Positions 13,208 through 30,800 of a stretch of 64,000 nt of DNA are shown one piece after another (position 1 is the stretch's first letter; every line of letters begins with the position of its first letter). The stretch is from Paragordius varius (lineage: Eukaryota; Animalia; Nematomorpha). A model generated the notes under the pieces. That model did no database searches. It was not told the origin of the DNA and worked only from the letters and a program-made list of their open reading frames with translations. The translations under genes and the position numbers were made by a program. Where the stretch lies: NCBI GenBank assembly GCA_964247055.1, contig OZ176055.1:9672001-9736000 (forward strand). Direction: 5' to 3'.

Positions 13208-16200
13208 TATGCTTTCTTGAAACTATTATGTATGTATGATATAATTATAAAAATTTAAATATGGTTCATTGTATTAGCTTGATATATAAGGTATTTTCAA
13301 ATTTAAATTTAACCAAAGCGTAATTTATATTCATTTTAATTTTGATTTAATAAATGAAGTTATTTTTATGGTGATATCGGTAAAACTATGCTAGAATATT
13401 TGTATGTTATCTGGTGAGTTTTTTATATTCAGTGTATTGCTTCAAGAAATGTAAAAATAATTATTACTTTAAATTTGATCTCTACCAATATTTTTAAGTT
13501 TAAGAAAAAATTAAAAGCGAATTTCTCATAGTTATTCCCCGTTAATCAGGTGTTTTATGGAAAGCACAAGGGTATACTTGTGGGTTACAAAAACTCTTCC
13601 TAATCACAAATTATTAGTTAGTTTTCAGGTTGTCAAAATTAGAATTTTTAAAATATTTTAATATGGGCTATATGCGGCCTTTTCCAAAAAACAGCACTAA
13701 TACCTCTAAAAATGAAGTATGCATTTTTTATTATATACATCAAATATATAATTAAAAAGTGTAAATATCTACCTCAGTGGGTTTGTGAAAAACAAGTATG
13801 GATTACGATAAATTTAAGAAAAAAAATAAATTGTAAATTTGTTTAAACGATAAAAATGGTGTTGTTTTTATTACACTGGACAACAATCCAAAATTGATTA
13901 ATTTAATTATAAACAAACCTATCAATTGTTTTGATTCGAGTTATATTACAAAATTATTTAATTACATTCGAAATATACCTCTATATATATATAATATATA
14001 TCAGGCAACATATTTTTAAATAAAATTAGTTGTTTGTTATTAAAAAATATAAAAATTAATAATAATTTGGCTATTATTCTTCAAACTCTCTAATTTAACT
14101 TTTTAGGAAAAAAAAAGATTTTCTCAGAAATATCTTTTAACCATTATATGGAAATTGTTTATAACTAATCAATACTATCATTTTTTATTGAATGACCTTT
14201 TCACAACATTTCAATATTATATATACATTTTAAAAAAAAAGTTGTTTCTTAATTAGCATATTGTTATCGCTGATAATTGGTGACACATTCGGACCTTAAA
14301 AATACACATCCTGTTTACATCATATATATATAGGTAGGTAGTGGTGTTGATTTATTGAACTTGTGTGTTTTTCCCGTTTATTTTGTTTTAATTATAAGAA
14401 TAATTAACGTTTTTATTTTTATAAGTGAATGGTGAATGAGTTAAGGTCAAATCAATTTTATTTCATAAAATGTATAAATATATATAAATATTGGTAACTC
14501 TTTTTACCTTCACATAAAAAATTATCAAGGTTTAATATATCTAACTCGAAACTTGTAGTTACATACGACCATACTCTTTGCCTTAATTAGCAACGGATAA
14601 AATTCTTTTAGTTATTCAAGTGTGCTTTTTGGAATTAAAGCATTTTGGAACCATTTTAGATGCCAGTTCTGTTTTTTAAAAAAATTGTGTATTAAAATGG
14701 TTTTCTATAATTTGGTGAGTAATCTCTGCTATTAAGTTTTAAATCTTCATCGGGAAATAAATTCATAAATTAGGTTCTGATTCATAGAAAATTTGTTTTT
14801 TTGAATTAGTATACCTTAAATCAATAACACTTAGTTGAAAATAATTTTTCAATATGCCCATCCTTTCTTGATATTTGATCCATTTAAATCTCTTAACTGC
14901 CCATGTGACCGTTTCTGACAGTTTTTTATTTGAATTAGGTATATAACGTTACAAAGATCAAACTCCAATAAAAATTATTAATAATATCCATTCAACTGGT
15001 AAATATTCTATAAAATTTGTTTAAGATGTTATATCGGAGCCTTCAACCAGGCCTAAAAAGGTGGAATTGGAATTAGGGTGGTTTTTAATCATATGTGGTT
15101 GGTCTCTTAAAAAAATAATGGTGCCAGAACGTTTCATTTGGAACCGTGTCCAAATTCTTACGTTTTCATACTTTTTATAAAACACCTTTATAATACAAAT
15201 TTAACAATATATTAAATTTTCGTAAAATTTATAAAATCAAACCATATCCAAAATTTTCGAACATGGTAGTATCTAATGGATTAACTAAAAGCAAAAGAAA
15301 ATAATATTGATAAAATTTTTAATTACACCAAAATTTGAAAAAATAATTATAAAATATGATAAAACAAAAATGTAATATTGATGTCTATATTATTTTGAAG
15401 TGGTAAATAAAAAAGCTTTTTAATTTTACATAAAGCAGCACATTTTAACTCAATTGCAGGGTTTTTAAGCTATCCCAATTTTGGACTTTAGTAAGCTCTT
15501 TCATTTAAATATAATATAATGTATAATTATTATTGTCTAAACAGTATTTAGGGTACAAAATTACCCCAAAATGTAATCATCGATAAAATATGAAAAGTTA
15601 AGAAAGTGCATATTTTACTATATTATATTGAATAATCTGTATTATTTCAGTAAACAACGTTTTTACCAAGAATTTATTTAACACTTTATTACTTTTTGAG
15701 GTAGTTTCATAACGGCGCGATATTATGAACACCTGTAAAGATATTGGGTCAAATTTGAAAATACATAATTTACAATTTCGAAAAAGCAAAATTGTAAACA
15801 TCATTTTTTTTAAATTGATAATACATGAGACAAATAAATGTACATTATAGTTAAAAAATATAATAATTTATTCTACAAAGCTTTCAGATTTTACGAGCAA
15901 AATGTTGACATTTATTGATTTTATCTGTGTGTTTCAAAAGAATTTTGGAGCTATCAGAGTTCGGAATTCTAGAAGTTAAAATTCTGCAAATATATAAGCT
16001 TTTTTTACCTAATATAAAGTGTTAAATTAAGACAAAAGCACCATTTCTGAATATTTATGAGAACATATTTATTCATCTGGGTATAATTTATAACCTTAAA
16101 TGATTTCTGCAAAAATTTTCAATATAAATTAAAAGGACTACGGGATTTTCTAATTTTAAGCAAATAGGTTAAAATATTAATTTTTTAAATTGGACAATGT

Positions 16201-16879
16201 AATTAAAAATCTGAAGGAAAGAACTCGGTATTAAAAACGATAGCGATCGTTTATAGAGTTTTTTGCGACAAATATAAGGTATAACTCTTTTTTATCAACC
16301 CAAAGGCGCCTTAAGATATGCATGCACAAAATATTCGAATCGAATCGATCTCATTCTCTGGACAACAAGATATAAATTATCCATTACAAATGTACATATA
16401 CTGGTTCAGATGGTTTTTTGACCACAATTTGCTTCAAAATAAAATTTCAATTCCCACATATATCAACTGCAGCACAAACCTTAATTGGATTTTTAATCAA
16501 TACCGAACAAATTCTCACTGTATTTAAGAGCAGGTTCGAAACACTTATAGAAAATAATGCTGAAAGCAGGTGGTCATCGTTAAAAATATCAGTACAGCCA
16601 ATCAATCTATTACACACACTGTAAATAATCGGGTGTCATAAAAATTCTGAAAAAAAATTTTTTGATTTTGGCCCCTACGAGTTATATAATAAAGGTATTA
16701 TTACTTTTTAACTGCTAACATCAGAACATGATATAATTTGATTTTGTGAAAGCAAAATGCTTTATTCCAAAGATATCACTAAAATATATCATAGACTACA
16801 AATAAAAAGAAAATCATAATTTTTTACAAAATTTTACACTCCGTAGGTCCCAATTTTTTGCCCTTCTATAATGAGCTAA

Positions 16880-17826
16880 ATAAAAACCCAAAAATGCCGA
16901 GATTACGTGATAAGAATTTTAAATATATCCTAAATTTTCATATCAACTAATATATTTTTTAAAAAATGCATATTTTTTTAGCAAAATTTTGAAATAGCGT
17001 ACATTATATTTTGACGCATGATGGAAACGATATAATAACGCTTTAAGATATTATAAAAACACTCTGAACATTTCTGTCGCTCCAGAATTTTAATTTAAAG
17101 GTTCATCTGCTTTGAAATTTTGGTGAATTTCGGTAAAAATGACTATTTATATTTAACATATGAAAAATAACGATGATTTAAAATAACGATTATTTTTATT
17201 ATATAATTCTGGTAGCATCAATTCATATATAAAAGTGTTTTTATAATATCTATGTCCCTTCTCGGTACATGTATATCTTTAATATAAATCGCATATGTGC
17301 GCAATAAAAGTCTCATATAAAAAATAAAATTCGGAGTCTGAGTTAATATAGTTATCCCATAGTTTGAATCTGGAAAACTTTCAACTGTCCTATCATCTTC
17401 AAAAAAGCTATACGTAATAAAAATCGTTTTCTACTTTCTTAAATAAATGCTTTGATTAAAACCCAACAATTTCACATTATTGTTTTTTTTATGAATTACA
17501 GTAGCATATGGAGTAAAACAATATTAGTCCATAAAAAAATAAAAAAATGTTTTTTTCTATAAAAAACAAGGGGATATTATAGATATGTGTATTTACAACT
17601 AGGACTGTTTTTTTAAAAAAAACATTTTTTATCCATTTATGGACTAATATTGTTTTACTCCATACGCTACTGTATTATCAAAATAAAAAATTAATTATCG
17701 AAGTATGCACAAGAGATATGCAATGTTACCACTTCTCTCATAAGATATGTAGCGATAAGGGACGAATTGCAATGTTTTTATTTTTATCATAAGATATGTG
17801 TAGTGTACCTAAAAGGGACATATAAA

Positions 17827-17873
<47 letters not shown>

Positions 17874-18330
17874 TAATCAACTTTTAACAAAATTAAAAAT
17901 CTTTTTTTGAAAAAATAGAGTATTAAATATTTACTGTGTATGTTTCTATCATGTCTCAAAGTAGTATGAATTACGCTTCAACAAATATCGGCATTTTTGC
18001 GTTTATTTTATGAGAACAGGCCCATTTTATAAAAGCGAAAATATTTGGGACTGAAGCCCACAACTAAAATTTAAATTTTTTAAAAAGTATTGCTTTTTAT
18101 ATGTGGTATATGATATTTAGTGATAATTTTTGAAATGAAGGATTTAGCCCTCACCAAAAAAAATTAGTTAACAAAATGAGTGTGTATTTTGCCTTTTTCT
18201 GATTTGCACTTACCAAAGTGTAAACTTCTTTCGTAGGGCCGAACCCAAAAGTACCATGATATTCCTGATACGATTTCGTATCAAAATATATATTGTATCC
18301 AGATATTTTTTTGGTACACTATGTTAGTCA
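16880..18330. repeat. Old dispersed repeat homologous to 4330-5100
   Basis: Collinear shared blocks: TGCCGAGATT..GATAA, GCATGAT, CGGCATT..GCGTTTATTTTA, TGCTTTTTATATG, AGGGCC...GTACCA...CCTGATAC. Interrupted by the 17499-17672 MITE and a (TA)n tract. Confidence 0.55.
17499..17672. mobile_element. 174-bp MITE (TA|CAGTAGCATATGGAGTAAAACAATATTAGTCCATAAA...)
   Basis: 37-bp near-perfect TIR with TA flanks. A related 72-bp mini-copy lies at 49326-49397. Confidence 0.85.
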
Positions 18331-18399
18331 AAAATCATATCATATAAAATTAAATTACTTAAAAAATAGATCAAGCAGCCCATCGTCGTCAGTCAAAGC

Positions 18400-18830
18400 T
18401 ATCTAACAACATTTAAAAATACAATTCCTTAACACCAGAAAAGCACCCGTGGTAACAAACACAATCAGTATAATAACCTTTGCCTCACACTCAAAAATTC
18501 CAAAAACAACGACAGTTATTGCAATCGTATCCTTCATACCACGCAAGTCTTTCTCTTACAAAGCCCAGTGAAAAGATGGGGATAAGACAAGAATTTACTT
18601 GAAAATAGGGTGTATTATGCTGTAAAATTCTACAGCACCAGTTTATCAGAAACAGCATAAGCCACAAATCATACAAGAATAAATGAATGGGCCATCGATT
18701 ACTCACTGACCAACAAATCGGAATAATGACATTCCAACCGAGCTTAGAAGTGTCACAGAAAATATTCGCCCACGCTTTTTTTTCCAAAGATTGGTAAAGC
18801 CATACTTATTTCATTTTGCGAAAAGAAATC
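18400..18830 (+). mobile_element. Decayed 3' end of a CR1/L2-like LINE (tentative)
   Basis: An A/C-rich island in which one frame reads NNDIPTELRSVTENIRPRFFFQRLVKPYLF, resembling the WNxLPxxLR...FKxxLKxYLF C-terminal signature. Multiple stops. Confidence 0.35.
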
Positions 18831-20281
18831 CTACAATAATATTATTTTAGTAAAAGCGAAATGCTTCACTCCAAATATCACTAAATAAAAAGCAGTACAA
18901 TAATAGTATTAACAGTCCATTACCTTTTGAGGTATTTTATATCACAAGAAAATTCAAAATTTAAGTATCTTTAACATTTAAGGTATTAAGCTGAATTTAA
19001 AAGAAGCTTTTATAAGCTTTAAGACGCATTATACAAGAAAGAATTTCGCGGAGTTGTCCCAATTTTGGACCCAATAAATCACTAACTGTAAAAAATATAT
19101 TTTTTATACACATGAGAACAATGTTTGATAATTAAACTTAAATAACTTTTAAAACAGTAGTTTATTACAAAATTGAGTTCTGGGATATAATACTATCCCA
19201 CAAGGAAAAGTTAAAAAAGGTTAAATATCATATCTTAGATGCGGATTTCGTAATCCCACTAAAAAAGGCAAATTTTCGAACAACGCAAAAATACCGTTAT
19301 TGCGTAATACAAACTTTATCGAGGAAAAGTCGAAAAAATTGTGTATTTTTAAATTTTGAATTATAGAAAAATATTAAAGAAGCGAGTTTATACGTACTTC
19401 GAGCAGGTGGCAACAATATAGACTTTTTCTATATAAGGATCTTAACATTTCTATCCCCTCGCATTTTTTAAAAAAACGTATTTGTCGAGAAATTAAGTTT
19501 TATAAAAGTTGCGTTATTAACAATAGATATCAAATTTAAGCGAAGCTTTATTAAATCTAAAATCTGAGGTGATATTTATGTTCGATATCATTGAATTAAA
19601 ATATTTTATAATATCGAGAGGTCAATTATACCAAATCGGGAAAAAAATTAAACAGCAATTTTTTTTCGGATCATGCTTTAAAATCAAGCTTACTATTTTG
19701 GCTATATGACTTGAGCCAAAAACTGCTCGTGTCGTGAATGTATAAGGCCGCAAAAAACACAGTAGGGGAAAAACGCATTGGATCTATAACGTAATCAATG
19801 AAACCAAGGTTTCTGTGTAAACAATTGATACTACAAACCGTACAAGCCGACGATACTAATGAAATAGCGACAAATCTGCTTTGACATAATAAATCGTAAT
19901 AAAAACTCAAGATAACAGATGTGTTTTTTAGAGAATCGAAAAATTAACTGGGTAGTTAATATAATATTAATGTCATCGTATTCTTAAATTTGATTTTCAC
20001 ATAAGATAACCATATAAAACAGATAATATTATGTTTAAAATACTAAATTTATTATAGGTGAAAACTGGTAATTCAAATTGGTTAACACTGTTTTTATAAA
20101 TAAGTCTGCACGACTACAAATATGTTGTTTTTTCGTTAAATAAAATTAAATTGTTTAATTAGCGTACCTTGTGTATTATTGTTTTAGTCATACATTTTGC
20201 GTGCTTGAAACGGTTATCATATTTTAATTTATTTTTATTATGAACCCCAAATAAATTTATTTTAATTATTTATTTCGAAAC

Positions 20282-25909
<5,628 letters not shown>

Positions 25910-27423
25910 TTTATGTTTTACTTATAAGACTTAAGAAAAAAACCTTGATTTATTTTTTTGCCTCTCTCTTTTTATTTTTTGTAAAATCACTCACCACCTT
26001 AAAAACGCTTGCTTAAACAGATTTTTTGGATTATTTCGATCTATAGATTAAAGTTTGCGCTTTTTTCTGGTAAATTTATAAAAATTCCAAAAAGGTTTTT
26101 TATTACACCATTTTTTTAAATTATGAGGAAATGGACTTATATAACAGACAAAAAAAACGCTTAATTTGTTCAGATTTTATCATCATTCCTTTAAACTTTT
26201 TTAAAAAAAATTTACCTTTGAATTTTAATACGATATACTCATCCAACCTGGCTATTTTGATTGCTTTTCACATTGTATGTATATAGATATTCCATATCAC
26301 CAAATATAAAAATATGTACTTTTTTGTAAATCTTTGCACCTTAATAATATTTGTAGCTTTAAATATGTTTATTACGAAAAAATGCAGTTGCTATGATTTT
26401 TCATAATTTGTGCTATATTGCGCTCTCTTTTTTATATTACCATTGATGATTTTTTTGCATAATTATTTTATCTTTATAGTTGTACAAAAATTTATATATA
26501 TATTATATGGGTATTTTTATTGCAAAAATATTGTATATCTTTTAATTCCTATATACATTATTAAAATAAATGCGCTTTTTATGTAGTTTATTTTTAGGCC
26601 ATTTATTAATGCATATTAGTTTTGTTCACAAATATTTTTTTAATTAGTTTTTACAAATCTTAAAGGCTTTTTGTCAAACTCTGGGCCACATTTATTCATT
26701 CAATAAATAAATGAAAAACGCTATAGGATAAAGATTGGTAATTTCTTATTTTTAAATAACAAACTCAATCTTCTTAAGAAAGAGTCAAAATAGTTTTAAT
26801 AGCACTTCAAGAATGCCTTGAACACTTTAAGTTGCTTGAACATTTTAAGTTAATCTTTAAACACTTCAAGAGTGTCCTTTAACATTTCAAGTTGGTCCTT
26901 GAACACTTCAAGTAGGTCCTTTAACATTTCAAATTGACCCTAAAAAATTTATTTAGATTTAACCATAAATTTTCTATGTTATTAATTTTATTAATTTAAG
27001 CAATATTCTTGAGTTATTTATTCATTTAAAATTAAAATTTTAAAAAACCACCTTTTTGTTTCAAATTAATATTTTTCCTATTCTTCAACAATATTACTCT
27101 TTTATAAATATTTGCTATGAAAAATCTGTAATTTAACCCAGAAAACTTATGTTTTTTCAATTACATTTTAAAATCTTAATAAAATTAATATTTTTTTTAA
27201 GAACATAATAAAGATATACGGTCTGAATGATCAAAATTGATATATGAAATGCAAATGATATAATATACATTAGCAGCCGCTCAATTTTTTAAATAAATAT
27301 GTTTGAGAATGATATAATAAAGACGCGTTTATAGATATTCAAGCGTCTTCCAGTTGTTTTAAATCTTAAAATAAGTTTTTTTTATAAAAATTACGATTGT
27401 GAAATATTTAGAGCACTTATTTA

Positions 27424-27643
27424 CAGTAAAAAATAAATACTATAGGGACAAAATGTAAAAATTAAAGATAAATAATTTTTTTGAAAAAGGACAGCCATAC
27501 TATTTTAATCCTTATTTCATTATAATCAATATAACTCATATCGTTTTTGAGTAAAATGGTAACACCTCTTTAAAAAAAGTATGGGGTGCCTTTAAATTTG
27601 TCTTTTAGTTTTTACATTTTGAACATATTTTCATTATTTACTG
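27424..27643. mobile_element. MITE family A copy downstream of DCAF13
   Basis: TA|CAGTAAAA...TTTACTG|TA. Confidence 0.75.
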
Positions 27644-27817
27644 TATTATCTTTGAGATTTTTAATTAGTGTAAAATCAGCGGCTGTAATACATAAAAGAA
27701 TCGTATTTTCCATAAATTATTCCAAGTGAATACAACTAATAAAATTATGATATCAAAAATTTATAAATTTAGTTATTTTTGCTTGTACGGAAAATCATTC
27801 ATCATTTATGGCCACAA

Positions 27818-30800
27818 TTACTTTTTGTTTTTCCGCTTTTCTCGTCATTTTCTTGGATTTGTTTTTAATCACGTTCGTCTCCCTAAAATTATGATATAAT
27901 AGGTACCAATTATAATATTATGGAAATATATGAGAAATTTAGCATGTTAAAAATAAAAAATGTAAGGATGTCAACCACATTTCTATATCATTCTTAATAA
28001 AAATAGAGAAATAAATTATTATAGGAAATAAACAACCCTAATTCGATCGGCTATGTCGCAAAAGATTGGTTAACTTTATAAAAATGACAATAAAATACAT
28101 AAACTATAGATATAAATTTAACCGGAATCGCGACATTTTTTGAGAAATATAAAAAATTTTAGACTTATTATTCCAATGTATTAAAAATTTCAAACCATAC
28201 TTTTTAATTTGCGCCTGTTTGATATCAAGGAGTTCACGTTTAGCCTTAAACAATGTTTTAGGAATGTGTCGATGCCTATAAATTCTAGCGATTTCTGGAT
28301 GGTTGACATATTTTTCTTTCAATTTGGCATTGTAATTGAACGCATTCCGTTCTCGCGTTTTAACCTATGATTATTTTATAGCAAAAAATAATTGAATTGA
28401 AATTTTTAATAGGGTTTATATCTGTAACATAGGATTAAATTTAATTCAAAAATTAATTAACAGTAAAATTAGTTATTTGTAAAAGGATTAAAAACACACA
28501 AAAATAAAAGGTAATATATATTATGTATTTATTTAATTTTTATGCTAAAAATAACTTATGTTTCCTAAAAAGATTGCATTACTTAAATTATTAAAATTTG
28601 ATAATACAAGTCTTCAAATATCAAATCTTTACCATATTATACCAATTAAATTAGATTATAAGTTAAAAACGTTTGTCAACTAATAAAAATAATTACAAAA
28701 AAATTACAAAAAAACTAAAAATTATATACGATTCCAATCTTTTCCCATGCTCTGGCCTTCCAAATCCTGATATTGGTTTCATCCGAACCGGAATAAATGT
28801 ATTTGTTATCGGCTGACCATTTGACACAAAAAATGCGTTGCATACGTTGAGTGTAATACACCTCTCTTTTGTTAATGTTCGTAAAAAAAATATAAAGAAA
28901 AATATATTTTACAGTAAATAATGGAAAAATATAGAATTCAATACCCGAATCACAAATCTTTTTTTTTTCAAAAAGAACAAATTTTTTTAACTTTTGTCAT
29001 TACCATATTATACAGTAAAAACTGAAATCAAGTAAAAATATAAAGACAAATATTTTTTTTCTTAAAGACAACCATACTTTTTTAATTTCAATTTTTCTCA
29101 TATAATTCATTTATTTACAATTAAAAATATATAATTGATTGTGTTACCAATATAAATATATATATATTATACTTTGTTGTTTAAAACATATATAATTAAG
29201 ATTAAAAAAGCATGGTTGTCTTTTAAAAAAAAATATTTGTCTTTATATTTTTACGTTTTGTCCGTATAATTTCAAGTTTTACTGTAAATAATTTCACTAG
29301 TATTCGGAAAGATTAAAACAAAAATATTATTAGTGGTTTCCTTATATGTCTTAAAAGTGTATTCGTAGAAAAATATAAATAATTTAAAACAACTTTATCT
29401 TAAAACCCTAAAAGTTATTCTGCAATTAAAAAGTTTATCGTAAAAACTCAGCATCACATATGTCAAATTTTAAGGCTCATTTTTCAAAACTATGAGAAAA
29501 AATTTTATATTTCTTTAGAAAATGTTGAAATAGGGATGCAAAGACCGACTCCCACCTCCTCGCGGGGCATCCCGGGTAACGCTAACGGGAGCGGCACTGT
29601 TTGTAAAGAACAGTCAATGAACATCAATCCAGAAGGAGGAAAACTAGTGTGTGGGGCGTGGCGGAATTGAGATTGGCTGTCTCATTTTCTTACAAAATAC
29701 CACAATGCCTGTATTCACACACATGGTTTTAAAGCGGGTTTATCTGGGCGCTATAACCAGCAGCCAGATGATAATAACGATAATATAAGTACTTATAACG
29801 AAAGATGGAGTGGGAGCTTCCAAAGCCCAGAAAGGCACCTCCCTCGGCCGTAGACTTAAATCTACAAACGGATTGAGAGATTCGAAGTCTTTTCAGACAC
29901 TCTCTAGCCTGGTACAGCGAATAAGGTACTCTCTCCTCCGAGTTAAGAGGTTGGCTATAAGGGCATATAGTCTATAAAAATCAAGCCTCATTACTTTTAC
30001 CATGTTCAACAGCGAAATAATAATGAAAAAATACTACGAAACTTTATATTATATATTTTTATACTGCATAATAATAATAATTATATTTATAATACATCTA
30101 CGGAAAAGTGAAATGTTACCTGAGAAAAAATCATTTAATATTAAAAATAATAACTTTAAATTTGGCACATGGAATGTCGGAACTCTTGTTGGAAAAGCTT
30201 GGATGATAATAAGTGCGATTAAAGAACAAAAGCTTGACATATGTTGTTTACAAGAAACTCGTTTTAAAAACGGAGGTAATTATCAACATGAAGGTTTTAC
30301 ACTGTATTATGAAGGAGGAAAATCAGGGAAATCAGGGGTAGCAATAGCCATAAACGATCAGATAAGAGATAATATAATTGACATTACACGTCACAACGAC
30401 AGAATTATTCAAATGCGAGTGGCTCTCAATAATACCACCCTTAACATACTATCCATCTATACCCCTCAACAGGGTCAAAATGAAACTACCAAACAGGAAT
30501 TTTGGAATCAGCTTTATCAGATCGCACAAAATGTTCCCACAAATGACATACTTTTGATCGGCGGGGATTTTAATGGACACATTGGAATGCACGCTGATGG
30601 TTATGAAGGTATACACGGTGGAGTAGGTATTGGCTCTCGCAACAAAGAAGGCGAAACCCTCTTGGAATTCTGCAGTGCCGCAAACTTATTGATTTGCAAC
30701 ACACACTTCTGTAAAAAACCTAGCCAAATCCACACATATAAAAGCGGAAATCACACATCGCAAATAGATTTTGTGTTGCTGAACCAACAACTTAGAAAAA

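Noticed and set aside
16380-16624. ORF FKIKFQFPHISTAAQTLI...ISVQP resembling a hAT transposase C-terminal domain
   Set aside because: The similarity is too loose to call by eye and the diagnostic CExxFS motif is absent; an HMM search is needed.
19230-19910. CpG-richer block and the 79-aa ORF at 19671-19910
   Set aside because: No recognisable domain, splice partners or termini; probably a repeat relic or tubulin upstream sequence.
27790-27860. Alternative frame DEKSGKQKVIVAINDE* at the DCAF13 3' end that resembles orthologue C-termini
   Set aside because: It needs a frameshift with no splice support. The in-phase frame ends at 27818. A sequencing indel cannot be excluded but is unsupported.
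30002-30112. Hydrophobic TM-like N-terminus of the LINE ORF
   Set aside because: It arises largely from an (ATA)n low-complexity tract, and a downstream ATG at 30113 lies just before the endonuclease. Not evidence of a membrane protein.
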